DNA of 64,000 bases from a virus: the IMG/VR virus record IMGVR_UViG_3300025648_000015, positions 1 through 64,000 of that record; one strand, 5' to 3'. The translations under genes were made by a program, and so were the position numbers. How positions within the stretch are numbered: position 1 is the first letter of the stretch; each line of letters begins with the position of its first letter. Of the stretch, positions 19,121 to 28,919 are shown one piece after another. A model generated the notes under the pieces. The model was not told the DNA's origin and did not search any database. It was given only the letters and a program-made list of their open reading frames with translations.

Positions 19121-19682
19121 TGCAATAACAGGCTCTGGGTACTCATTAGCCATTCCACAATTTATTGCATGGGGTACTGGGTCAGGAACCGTTCAAGCGA
19201 CCGATATAACCCTATTTAACCCCGTTCAGGTGCCTGTTAGTGGTACAGTAAGCACTCTTACAACGTCAACATCTGGCGACACATATCTTTGCAGTGCAAC
19301 ATTAACTGCAAGTGGACATTACAACATAACAAATATTGGTTTGTTTACCACTGGTGCAACACCTGCAATGGGTACATTAACAAGCCAAGTCAACCCTGGA
19401 GCAACCACTATACAAATAAGTGGTTACAATGCATTCCCAAACACTTTTCCATTCAACATACAGGTACTATCAGAAGTAATGACAGTAATTTCTGGAAATG
19501 GTACCAATACTTATAATGTAATTAGGGGCGTAAATGGCTCTAGTATGATGACAACGATAATTCCTTCTCTTACTACTGTAGTGGGTCAAGCTGGTTTTAT
19601 GTTTTTAAAAAGCAGTTTTCCAGGTATTGGTTTGCAGTACGGAGACAGCATCAAATTTAATATTAGCATTCAATTTATATAG
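19077..19682 (+). CDS. Virion structural protein (fibre-attachment/baseplate-like N-terminus)
   Basis: MITLLTN...IAWGTGSGT..ATDITL...ITNIGLF pattern typical of tail-fibre attachment domains. Confidence 0.6.
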   Translation: MITLLTNKTRNSLVNAITGSGYSLAIPQFIAWGTGSGTVQATDITLFNPVQVPVSGTVSTLTTSTSGDTYLCSATLTASGHYNITNIGLFTTGATPAMGTLTSQVNPGATTIQISGYNAFPNTFPFNIQVLSEVMTVISGNGTNTYNVIRGVNGSSMMTTIIPSLTTVVGQAGFMFLKSSFPGIGLQYGDSIKFNISIQFI

Positions 19683-19690
19683 GAGCAACT

Positions 19691-20230
19691 ATGGCTAGTT
19701 TTAACTCTAATTTTTATTTTCCTCAGGAAGGTCTTAACTACCTTTTGAACGCAATTCCAAGAGGAACACAGGCCGTTCCTTCTACACTTTATCTAGGTCT
19801 TACAGCCACTACTTGGTCAACCATTAGTGGATACGCTGCTGCAGGTGATGTTCCTCTTACCCTCAATGGTGGTACTTACCCAATTCTTGAAGCTAGTGGT
19901 CTCAGTGGTTATTCACGTCTAACTCTTTCTGGATCTGGTTGGCAAGCACCACAGACTAACACAATTACAATTGGTACAAGCACAGGAATTCCTGTACAAT
20001 ACTGTACTTACTCAGGAACTAACCCTCTTACATTCACAAACACTGGTGCTACATACACTACTATCAACGGTATCTTCCTTACCATCACTGGTACTGTAGG
20101 ATCAAGTAGCTCAGGCGGAAGTACAGTTCTATGGTACGCACCATTCTCTGATCTTTCAACCGTAACTCTAGCTTCAGGCGACTCACTAACTGTTACTCCT
20201 ACTTGGCAATCTGCTTCTTACCCATACTAA
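19691..20230 (+). CDS. Virion structural protein (tail-associated)
   Basis: EGLNYLL...LYLGL...GYSRLTL...VTLASGDSLTVT, a common phage structural family pattern; AGGAG RBS. Confidence 0.65.
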   Translation: MASFNSNFYFPQEGLNYLLNAIPRGTQAVPSTLYLGLTATTWSTISGYAAAGDVPLTLNGGTYPILEASGLSGYSRLTLSGSGWQAPQTNTITIGTSTGIPVQYCTYSGTNPLTFTNTGATYTTINGIFLTITGTVGSSSSGGSTVLWYAPFSDLSTVTLASGDSLTVTPTWQSASYPY

Positions 20231-20278
20231 TTAGTAATCAGTAACAGGTAGATAAACAATTAATAGGAGTATTATTTA

Positions 20279-23200
20279 ATGGCCCTCCCAGATTCCAGTG
20301 TAATACGATCATACCCTGGTGGTGCTGCACCTACGTATCTTTCAGCATCGCTTGACTATGCATTCGCAAGCGGACAAACAATAACTGTAGCTAATACCAC
20401 GGGATGGTATGAAGTTAGCGCAGGCGGATATAATACCACTAATCCACTAGGAACTAGTGGACCTTTTACGCTTGTTGTAGATTACGGTCTAGGCAGCGAA
20501 GAAAAGATACTGTGTGCTAGCGGTGCCATCTCACTTGGTGTTAATACCACTATTTTTGTTTATAACGTTAGTGGTACCAATGGCCGTGGCTATGACGGAA
20601 CAACTGCAACTTCGCACTCAGTAGGAACTTCTAGCGATTATAACGTATTCCCTGTTGCTACAGCTATTGAACAAGCTCAATTTAATCTTGCAGCAAGCAA
20701 ATTAGGCAATTCAACTTTAGTAGTATCAGGCACAACTGCTGGTGGAGATCTTGCTGGGACTTATCCTAATCCAACACTTAAAGCAATATACACTGGCGAC
20801 ACATTCTCTGGTGGTGGCGGAAGCTTCTTGCCAACATTTTCATGGGATAATGCTGGTCGTATAACTAATGTTTCAGGTATAAATATATTTATTCCAACAA
20901 GTGCAGTAAGTGGATTGAATACGACTATTAGTGGTTTACAGACCCAAATTAACACTAATGGTACAAACATTAGTACACAGAGTGGGCAAATAAATACATT
21001 ATTTGCAACAACTAGCGGTCAAGCTTCAAGCATAGCTACACAAAGTGGACAAATTAATTCATTGTTTATAACAACTAGTGGTAACTCTACAGACATTAAC
21101 AATCAAGCTGCAGCCATTAGCGGTTTAAATACACAAGTAAGCGATTTAAACAATTCTACTACCTCAGGATTTGCTAGTGTAAATACACAAATATCAGGAC
21201 TCAATGTAGTAGTTAGTGGTCAAGCCAATACTCTTGCTACTGAAGCAAACAACATTGCTGTCCTTAGTGGTCAATACGTAACTCTTTCAGGTAACTTAGT
21301 TACTACTAACTCTAATGTTGCCAACCTCAGTGGCCAATTCGCATCACTTTCTGGTTCATATAATACCACGTCAGGAATCGTAACTAACCAAACTGGATAC
21401 ATTGCCACACTTAGTGGTCAAATGATCACTGCTAATAACGGTATATCAACTAACGCTGCAAACCTTGCCACGTTATCTGGTCAATATACTACTACTAGTG
21501 GAATTGTTACCAACCACACTTCATACATTGCAACAATTTCTGGTAAACAAATTACTGATGAAAACAACATAGCAACACTTTCAGGAAACATTGTTACCAT
21601 TAGTGGAAAGCAAGTAACTGACGAAGCTAATATTGCTTCTCTTTCAGGGTCTCTTGTTACCCTAAGTGGTCAATTTGTAACTACTTCAGGAAGAACAATC
21701 TTCTCTGGCACTAATGCCGGTGGAGATTTAACTGGTACATACCCTAACCCAACTCTTAGAACAATTAGTGGTGTTAGTGGTACCTATGGATCTGCTACAC
21801 AAACTCCATTGCTTTCTATCGATTCAAATGGTCGTGTTACTAATGCACAACTTTACACAATCCAGATTGCTGAAAACCAAGTAAACAACCTAACAACAGA
21901 TATGACTAGCATATCTGGAAACATTGCTAGTGTATCTGGTAAACAAGCTACAGATGCTTCTAATATTGCATCGTTGTCAGGTAGTCTTGCTACTCTTTCA
22001 GGCCAGTATGTATCAACGAGTGGAATCGTCACTAATAACACTAGCTACATTGCTACCATATCGGGTAAGCAAATTACCGATGAGGCAAACATTGCATCAT
22101 TGAGTGGTTCTCTTGCAACGCTCAGTGGCCAATATGTTACCACTTCAGGTCTTGTTACAAATCAGGCTGGATACATATCTACAATATCTGGCAAACAGAT
22201 TGCTGATGAAGCTAATCTTGCCACACTATCTGGTCAATATGCTACAACTAGTGGCATTGTTACCAATAACACTGGTTATATTGCTACTATTTCAGGTAAG
22301 CAAGTCACCGACGAAGCTAATATTGCTTCATTGAGTGGCAGCCTTGCTACAGTTAGTGGAGTTGCTTATGCTGCCCTTCCTAGAACTGGTGGAACAATCA
22401 GTGGCAACCTTACAGTAACTGGAACACTAACTGCTGGTTCTTTAACTGTTAGTGGTGGTAATGTTCTAATTAGCGGTTCAACTGCCAATGGCGACCTTTC
22501 AGGCACCTATCCAGCCCCTACAGTGGCAAAGATCCAAGGAGTTGCTGTAAGCCCAACAACTCCAACTAATAACCAAGTTCTACGCTACAGCACTACATCT
22601 GGCACTTGGTATGCTGGTACGGGTAATGCTCTATTCCCAACTACTACTCAGAGTGGTAACTACACAGCAGTTCCCAATGATTATGTAGTATGTAATGCAA
22701 CTGCTGGTGCAATGACAGTCACTCTAACTAATGCTCCTGCAAACGGTTCAATAATTGCAGTTGCTAGCCAAGCTACAAGCACTTACAACGTTACTGTTGT
22801 AGCTAGCGGTAGCGACACGATTCCTGGTGGTTCTTTTGTCTTGGCAGGCAACGGAGTGTTTAACTCTGTTGAATTCTACTACGATGCTGGATTAGCTGAA
22901 TGGTTGATTGTAAGTAACCAATTCGGTGATGTTGCTGGTGGAGATCTTACCGGAACTTATCCTAACCCAACAGTTTCTTATCTTAATGGTGTCCCTGTAA
23001 GCCCTACACCTCCAAATACTGGTCAAGTTCTTGCATCAGTTGGTGGAGTGTGGACTCCAATCACGTCAAGTGGAATTGGAACACCTGGTCCTGGTGGAGC
23101 TAATGGTTACTATGGTGCCTTCTATGACACCACTAATCAAACTGCTACAAGCACTACAAGTGGAAACGTTCTAGCAATTGGTAGTACATTCTCTGCCAAT

Positions 23201-26200
23201 GGTATAACTAGATCGGCTAGTGGAACAATTACATTTGGTTATGCTGGTACTTATCTTATTGCTTATACAGTTCAACTAATTACATCTTCCAGTGCTTCTA
23301 GAAACGTAGATATTTGGTTCCGTAAAAATGGTGTTAATGTTCCAAATACGAATGCAACATTTGCAGTGCCAGCATCACCAACGCCAGGTGGCGGAAATGC
23401 TGTAACTGCTGCTGTAACACATATAATCGTTGCAAGTGGTAATGACAACTTCCAAATTATGTGGATGCCAACCAACACTGATACTACTGTTGAAACTATT
23501 GCCTCTGGCGCTAACTACCCAACTGCTCCTGGAGTATTTGTATCTGTTTCTCAAATCATGTACAACCAAACAGGTACATACACAGTTAACGCAGTCGCTG
23601 CTAGTGGTACTAATGCTACTACTGCAACTCCACTTACACTTAGTACATATGCTCCAATAACTGGTGCTACTGCTTCAGGTAACACAGCATCTGGTACAGG
23701 AGTTATTCTTCCTACGCCAACATATAACGGTCAATGGATGCAGATCCACAATGAAGACCTAACTCACTGGCTCCTTGTCTATCCACAACCAACAGCGTAT
23801 ATTGATAATGGTTCAACTGGTGCTCCTATTTGGTTACCACCAACTAGTTATTGGGAAGGTGTAGCTACAACTACCACTTCCTGGGATACTGCTATCCAAC
23901 CATTGACTAGTAACTCACTTGCTGTTAGTTACTTGGTTGTTCCTGGTCAAACAGACATTGAACTACAAACCTACGGTACTCCTGGTACATACGGTACTAC
24001 TAGTGGTATTCCAGTAATTACAACAGATACCTATGGTCGTTCGACTGTAACTGTAACTGGTGTACAAATTAACCAAAGTCAAGTAACTGGTCTTTCTGGA
24101 AACTTGTCAGCATTGAGTGGTTCAATAACTACAACCAGTAGCAACCTTGCAACGCTCAGTGGTCAATACGCCACAACATCAGGTATTGTTACAAACCAAA
24201 CTGGTTACATTGCAACCCTATCGGGTCAAATGGTTACTGCTAATAGTAACATTGCCTCTACAAGTGGATCGCTTGCAACCCTTTCTGGACAGTTTGTAGC
24301 CCTCTCAGGATCATACAGCACAACTAGTGGTAACCTAAATACTACTAATACCAATGTTGCTAATCTTAGTGGTCAATACGCCACTCTTAGTGGTCAATAT
24401 GCAGCTACTTCAGGAATTGTTACCAACCACACAAGTTACATTGCCGCTACTAGCGGTTCTCTTGCCACTCTTAGTGGTCAATTCGTAGCTCTTTCTGGTT
24501 CATATAATACCACTTCAGGAATTGTTACAAGCCAAACAAGTTATATTTCAACTTTGTCAGGACAAGTAGTAACACTTTCTGGTAGTGATGCTAACAAGCT
24601 TCCACTTAGCGGAGGAACCGTTACCGGTACTTTGAATGTTAATAGCCCATTCAATGTTAATGGAAACGTTAGCATTACTGGTACAGAAACTATTTCTGGT
24701 GCTCTAAACGTTAACTACACGATCAATGCTACAACGCCGACTAACAACCCACCAATCAACTTTGGTGGTGGACTAAGCTATTCTGATGTTAACACAATTG
24801 CTGGATTTAACACTAGCGTTAACAACTACAACCAGATTGTTCTACAAAATACTAACTCAGGTACTTCAGCTAGCACTAACTTAAACGTAAGTAACAACTT
24901 GGGAACAAGTGGTACTAACTATGGTGAGTTTGGTATGAACTCCAGTAATTTTACTGGTACTGGTGCGTTTAATACTGCAGGAGCAGTTTACCTTGCTTCA
25001 GCCTCTACAGACCTAGCTATCGGTACTTATGGTAACAATGCTATTCACTTTGTAACTAATAGTGCAACAGCTGATGCAATGACAATTACCAGTGGTGGGA
25101 ACGTCGTTGTCGGTAGTGGTTTGACTGTTAGTGGAACATTTACTCTTGCAACAGGTATCACTATATCAACTCCTATTGGTAACTATCCTATAGCAATTGG
25201 TTACCAAGCTGGTCAAACTGATAATGGTAATGGTGGTGTAGCAGTTGGTTACCAAGCTGGTCAAAGTAACAATAATTATGGTGTATCTTTAGGTTATCTT
25301 GCCGGACAAAATGGAAACAGCAAAGGTGTAGCAATTGGTGCTGCTGCTGGTCAAACAACTAACGCTTCAGGTATTGCAATTGGTTTCCAAGCTGCTGCAC
25401 TTGGTAACAACAATAGCATTGCAATTGGTTTTAATTCTCAAACTGGATCTAGTGGGTACGCAATAGCACTAGGTACTAGCAGCACAGCAAGTGCTTCAGG
25501 TTCTGTAGCAATTGGTATGAATGCAACTGCAACTGGAACAAACCAATTTGTTCTTGGTACATCAAACCATAACGTTCAAGTACCTGGTACCTTTGCTGTA
25601 AGTGGTTCTTTGACCGTAAGTGGTACTGCTGTAATGACCAGTGGTTCTGCAGTCGGTGGAGATCTTACTGGTACAATAGGTAATGCAAAAGTAACTAAGT
25701 TACAAGGTTACACAGTATCAAGCGGTGCACCTACTGCCAATGCAATGCTTGTTTACAGTGGTTCTCAATGGACCTCAGGTCCTGCTGTAAGCGGTACAAC
25801 TGGTACAGGTGGAATAATCCCTTACGCTACCAACCCATTGCTCGTAGCACCTCTAGAACAGGTTGTAGTTAGCTCTGGTGTAGTATCTTCAAGCGCTGCT
25901 GCTGTTCTCAACACCGTTTCTGGTGGAGTCTATGTCTACACTGCTGCTCCAACATCAGCATGGCAAATCCAAATAACCAATGCTCCAACTACTGTTGGTC
26001 AAGCCGTTACTGTCACTGTTGGTACAAATAATGGTTCTACAGCCTACCTCCCATCAGGGTTTACGATCAATGGTTACACTGTTAACGGTGGTACTACGCT
26101 ACCTGCCCATGGAACAGCATATACTAACACTTATACCGTGACAGCGTACTACCAAGGTGGTTCAATATGGACTGCTGCAGATGCAACAGTAAACTATGAT

Positions 26201-26272
26201 TTCTATGCTATTACATTAATATGTACAGCAGCTAATACGTATGTTATGCTACTCGGACAGACTAAGTTCTAA
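20279..26272 (+). CDS. Long trimeric fibre/adhesin (1997 aa)
   Basis: SG-containing heptad coiled coils; four GDLxGTYPxPT repeats plus one degenerate copy; BclA/C1q-like segment (YYGAFYDTT...GTYLIAYTVQL...IWFRKNG); YadA-head-like (V/I)A(I/V)G repeats near the C-terminus. Confidence 0.8.
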   Translation: MALPDSSVIRSYPGGAAPTYLSASLDYAFASGQTITVANTTGWYEVSAGGYNTTNPLGTSGPFTLVVDYGLGSEEKILCASGAISLGVNTTIFVYNVSGTNGRGYDGTTATSHSVGTSSDYNVFPVATAIEQAQFNLAASKLGNSTLVVSGTTAGGDLAGTYPNPTLKAIYTGDTFSGGGGSFLPTFSWDNAGRITNVSGINIFIPTSAVSGLNTTISGLQTQINTNGTNISTQSGQINTLFATTSGQASSIATQSGQINSLFITTSGNSTDINNQAAAISGLNTQVSDLNNSTTSGFASVNTQISGLNVVVSGQANTLATEANNIAVLSGQYVTLSGNLVTTNSNVANLSGQFASLSGSYNTTSGIVTNQTGYIATLSGQMITANNGISTNAANLATLSGQYTTTSGIVTNHTSYIATISGKQITDENNIATLSGNIVTISGKQVTDEANIASLSGSLVTLSGQFVTTSGRTIFSGTNAGGDLTGTYPNPTLRTISGVSGTYGSATQTPLLSIDSNGRVTNAQLYTIQIAENQVNNLTTDMTSISGNIASVSGKQATDASNIASLSGSLATLSGQYVSTSGIVTNNTSYIATISGKQITDEANIASLSGSLATLSGQYVTTSGLVTNQAGYISTISGKQIADEANLATLSGQYATTSGIVTNNTGYIATISGKQVTDEANIASLSGSLATVSGVAYAALPRTGGTISGNLTVTGTLTAGSLTVSGGNVLISGSTANGDLSGTYPAPTVAKIQGVAVSPTTPTNNQVLRYSTTSGTWYAGTGNALFPTTTQSGNYTAVPNDYVVCNATAGAMTVTLTNAPANGSIIAVASQATSTYNVTVVASGSDTIPGGSFVLAGNGVFNSVEFYYDAGLAEWLIVSNQFGDVAGGDLTGTYPNPTVSYLNGVPVSPTPPNTGQVLASVGGVWTPITSSGIGTPGPGGANGYYGAFYDTTNQTATSTTSGNVLAIGSTFSANGITRSASGTITFGYAGTYLIAYTVQLITSSSASRNVDIWFRKNGVNVPNTNATFAVPASPTPGGGNAVTAAVTHIIVASGNDNFQIMWMPTNTDTTVETIASGANYPTAPGVFVSVSQIMYNQTGTYTVNAVAASGTNATTATPLTLSTYAPITGATASGNTASGTGVILPTPTYNGQWMQIHNEDLTHWLLVYPQPTAYIDNGSTGAPIWLPPTSYWEGVATTTTSWDTAIQPLTSNSLAVSYLVVPGQTDIELQTYGTPGTYGTTSGIPVITTDTYGRSTVTVTGVQINQSQVTGLSGNLSALSGSITTTSSNLATLSGQYATTSGIVTNQTGYIATLSGQMVTANSNIASTSGSLATLSGQFVALSGSYSTTSGNLNTTNTNVANLSGQYATLSGQYAATSGIVTNHTSYIAATSGSLATLSGQFVALSGSYNTTSGIVTSQTSYISTLSGQVVTLSGSDANKLPLSGGTVTGTLNVNSPFNVNGNVSITGTETISGALNVNYTINATTPTNNPPINFGGGLSYSDVNTIAGFNTSVNNYNQIVLQNTNSGTSASTNLNVSNNLGTSGTNYGEFGMNSSNFTGTGAFNTAGAVYLASASTDLAIGTYGNNAIHFVTNSATADAMTITSGGNVVVGSGLTVSGTFTLATGITISTPIGNYPIAIGYQAGQTDNGNGGVAVGYQAGQSNNNYGVSLGYLAGQNGNSKGVAIGAAAGQTTNASGIAIGFQAAALGNNNSIAIGFNSQTGSSGYAIALGTSSTASASGSVAIGMNATATGTNQFVLGTSNHNVQVPGTFAVSGSLTVSGTAVMTSGSAVGGDLTGTIGNAKVTKLQGYTVSSGAPTANAMLVYSGSQWTSGPAVSGTTGTGGIIPYATNPLLVAPLEQVVVSSGVVSSSAAAVLNTVSGGVYVYTAAPTSAWQIQITNAPTTVGQAVTVTVGTNNGSTAYLPSGFTINGYTVNGGTTLPAHGTAYTNTYTVTAYYQGGSIWTAADATVNYDFYAITLICTAANTYVMLLGQTKF

Positions 26273-26297
26273 TGTTATTATTGGAGATTAATTTCTA

Positions 26298-27425
26298 ATG
26301 CCATTATTCTCATCGTTAAGTGACCTTGCCGCTCGTGCTTATGGACTCCTATCAGGATCTTTAGCACCTATTAGCGACCTGTTTGCAAGAACAACATCAG
26401 GATCATTAGGAACAGCAACATCAGGACAACTTTGGGTTGCACAAACTGGTGTATGGTATGCAACGAGCGGATCAGCTACCACATCAACAGCAGCTAGTTC
26501 TTACCCATTAGCTACAATACCTTACAAAGCTAGTGCAACAATGACGTTGAAGAGTGCTTCAAACGGTACTGGAATTGCTTTTTGGTGGACAAGTACTGGT
26601 AACTGGTGGGCAGTTGTTAACAATGCTTACTCACAAAATAACATAACAAGCTATACCTGTACTGGTGGATATCCTTGCACAGGTTATACATGCGCAGGCT
26701 ATGGACCAGTGTGTCAAAGCTATTACACTGTTTGTACAGGTTATGGTTACAGCAGTGCTTATGGTGATCCAAATGCTAAGGGAGCAACTACAACGTTGCC
26801 TAAGCGAAAGCGTCGTACAAAAGAAGATTCACCAAATACTCGACCCATTGATGTTCCAAAGCCGCAAAACCTTAGTTACGCACCAATTCCACCACCATTC
26901 TTCCCACCCTTCTTTCCGCCTTTCTTCCCACCCTTTTTCCCACCATTCTTTCCACCTTTCTTTCCTCCATTCTTTCCACCGTTCTTTCCTCCGTTCTTTC
27001 CACCGTATTTCCCACCGTGCATAAGTTATGGATTAGCTTGTGGAGGATACGCTACAGGATGTACATCATATTCTTGCTCTTCTTATGGTGCTTGCGCTGG
27101 ATACACAGCCAACTACACAACACAGTACTATAACCAGCTAAGCTTGCTACAATCTGTAGGTGGTACAATCACTACAATTGCAACAGGAGTTCTACAAGGG
27201 CCTTCAAATAGCACAACAGCTCAGATTAACTCTATCCAAATCGTTACCACTAATAGCAACATTACAGCAACTGCCTTTAGTGATTCTGCATTGGTAACAT
27301 CTCTGGGAACTTTGTCTAGCAATCAGACTGCTCCAACTGGTAATGTTAGTGTTGGTATTATTGATTCACCGGTTGGCGGAAGTGCCACCCAAGGTAGTAC
27401 TGTAGGACCATTTACAGCGTTATAA
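26298..27425 (+). CDS. Putative fibre-tip/receptor-binding protein with mirrored Cys ladder and (PPFF)9 insert
   Basis: Beta-rich N- and C-terminal halves interrupted by a 10-Cys, KRKRR and PPFF insert; directly after the fibre gene. Confidence 0.6.
   Translation: MPLFSSLSDLAARAYGLLSGSLAPISDLFARTTSGSLGTATSGQLWVAQTGVWYATSGSATTSTAASSYPLATIPYKASATMTLKSASNGTGIAFWWTSTGNWWAVVNNAYSQNNITSYTCTGGYPCTGYTCAGYGPVCQSYYTVCTGYGYSSAYGDPNAKGATTTLPKRKRRTKEDSPNTRPIDVPKPQNLSYAPIPPPFFPPFFPPFFPPFFPPFFPPFFPPFFPPFFPPFFPPYFPPCISYGLACGGYATGCTSYSCSSYGACAGYTANYTTQYYNQLSLLQSVGGTITTIATGVLQGPSNSTTAQINSIQIVTTNSNITATAFSDSALVTSLGTLSSNQTAPTGNVSVGIIDSPVGGSATQGSTVGPFTAL
26892..27011 (+). repeat. Coding tandem repeat: 9 x PPFF + PPYF (12-bp units)
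   Basis: All ten 12-bp units differ at the DNA level; the nine PPFF units differ only at synonymous positions. Confidence 0.95.
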
Positions 27426-27441
27426 TTAATAGAAAGAGACC

Positions 27442-27681
27442 ATGACAAACAAAGAAGAAAACCTAAATAATACGCCTCCTATGTATCGGATTGCTTTTAT
27501 TCTTGATGGTTTTGTACAAGAAGTAATTGAATGCTCAGAGAGATTTGCAGCTTTATTACTAAGTAAGCCAATAGCAAGAAACATAACAGGACTTGACATA
27601 CCGGTAGGATTTCAGTATGATGTAGCTACCGATACTTTCACTGATTTTGATGGTGAAAGCCTAGAAAATAATAGGAGTTAA
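27442..27681 (+). CDS. Small fibre-associated protein, paralog 1
   Basis: RIAFILDG.V...C..R.AA...S.P...IT motif shared with the next ORF. Confidence 0.7.
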   Translation: MTNKEENLNNTPPMYRIAFILDGFVQEVIECSERFAALLLSKPIARNITGLDIPVGFQYDVATDTFTDFDGESLENNRS

Positions 27682-27682
27682 T

Positions 27683-27916
27683 ATGGCAATTCCAATCCCA
27701 GAAGATCCAATGATAGCTATCAATACTACTAACCGTTTGGCATTTATCCTTGATGGTCAAGTAGTTCATGTTCAAAGTTGCAGTGCTAGAAATGCAGCAA
27801 TTATGACAAGCCAACCAATAGTAATTGATATTACAGATCATGAACGCGGCGCTTTTATCCAAGTTGGTCTTGGTTACGATGAAGAAGCCGGTGAATTTGC
27901 GAGTGAATACCGTTAA
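27683..27916 (+). CDS. Small fibre-associated protein, paralog 2
   Basis: RLAFILDGQV...CSARNAAIMTSQP; AGGAG RBS. Confidence 0.7.
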   Translation: MAIPIPEDPMIAINTTNRLAFILDGQVVHVQSCSARNAAIMTSQPIVIDITDHERGAFIQVGLGYDEEAGEFASEYR

Positions 27917-27918
27917 AA

Positions 27919-28239
27919 ATGAACGGACAACCAAAGCAAACGCCTTGGGAATTATATTTAGAAAATCTAAAGAATACTTCCGAAGAAACATCTGAACAAC
28001 GCCCAGCTAGACCATGGGATCTATTCAATAAAAAAATTGGTAGAGTAGAAGACGAATTAGCTAGTGAACGCCTTGCAATTTGCAAAGATTGTCCACGCAT
28101 TCGTAAGTCATCCATGCTATGTAAAGAATGTGGTTGCTTTATGCCTGGAAAAGTAAAATTACCTAATGCATTCTGTCCAATAGGTAAATGGCAAGCCGTT
28201 GAACAAGAACTAGAGGTTAATGAGGAAGACGAAGAGTAA
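27919..28239 (+). CDS. Cys-rich small protein (RxxxCxxC...CxxCGC...CPxxKW)
   Basis: RLAICKDC, CKECGCFM, CPIGKW; probable metal binder. Confidence 0.75.
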   Translation: MNGQPKQTPWELYLENLKNTSEETSEQRPARPWDLFNKKIGRVEDELASERLAICKDCPRIRKSSMLCKECGCFMPGKVKLPNAFCPIGKWQAVEQELEVNEEDEE

Positions 28240-28919
28240 TGTCGCGTCAAATCATAAAATACGAAAGTCGTAATGGTTTTATAGATCACATGAGGCCTAT
28301 GCTTTCCGTTGTACCTGATTGGTACAAAAAAACAAAAAGATGGGTAACTGACGAAAATGGTCAAGAATGGCCTGGAGTTAAACATTGCATCCCATTCCTT
28401 GAAAGCCTTACGCTCGGTTACACCATAGTTCTTGAAGAAAGTGTATATGTTCAAAGAACAGAAAACGGTGTAATTATACGTTATAATAATCCAAAAGAAC
28501 CTGTCGTTAACAATAGGCCAAGTGCAGTAACTGATCCATCACCAGTCCCAGAGGGATATGAAGATGAACATTTTATTTGGTTTGCTAACATAACTGTAAG
28601 ACCTCCTGATGGTTATTCATTACTTTACACACACCCATTGAATCGTTGGGATCTACCATTCTTAACAAGCAGTGCGGTGGTAGACGATTATGTAATGCCC
28701 GGTGCTAACATGTCTTTTTTTATTAAAAAAGGTTTTGAAGGTGAAATACCTAAAGGCACCCCTATAGCTCAAGTGATACCATTTAAAAGAGAAGAATGGG
28801 TAGCTAAATCTACAAAAGGTCTTTGGGACATAGCTGATACTACTGTGAAAGCTCCTATATCTGAGTTGTTGAATGGTCATTATAGAAAAAACTTCTGGAA
28901 GAAGAAGGTGTATAAATAA
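28239..28919 (+). CDS. dUTPase-like-fold protein (DUF6065-like), paralog 1
   Basis: KHCIPFLES..GY, PDGYSLLYTHPLNR, IPKGTPIAQVIPFKREEW. Confidence 0.6.
   Translation: MSRQIIKYESRNGFIDHMRPMLSVVPDWYKKTKRWVTDENGQEWPGVKHCIPFLESLTLGYTIVLEESVYVQRTENGVIIRYNNPKEPVVNNRPSAVTDPSPVPEGYEDEHFIWFANITVRPPDGYSLLYTHPLNRWDLPFLTSSAVVDDYVMPGANMSFFIKKGFEGEIPKGTPIAQVIPFKREEWVAKSTKGLWDIADTTVKAPISELLNGHYRKNFWKKKVYK

Noticed and set aside
20900-24600. Repeated DNA in the fibre gene as a DGR template/variable repeat pair
   Set aside because: The repeats are degenerate coding heptads with no adenine-specific pattern evident, and there is no reverse transcriptase in the window.
26892-27011. PPFF tract as a CRISPR array or phase-variable microsatellite
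   Set aside because: There are no spacers; the 12-bp units are in frame and synonymously diversified.
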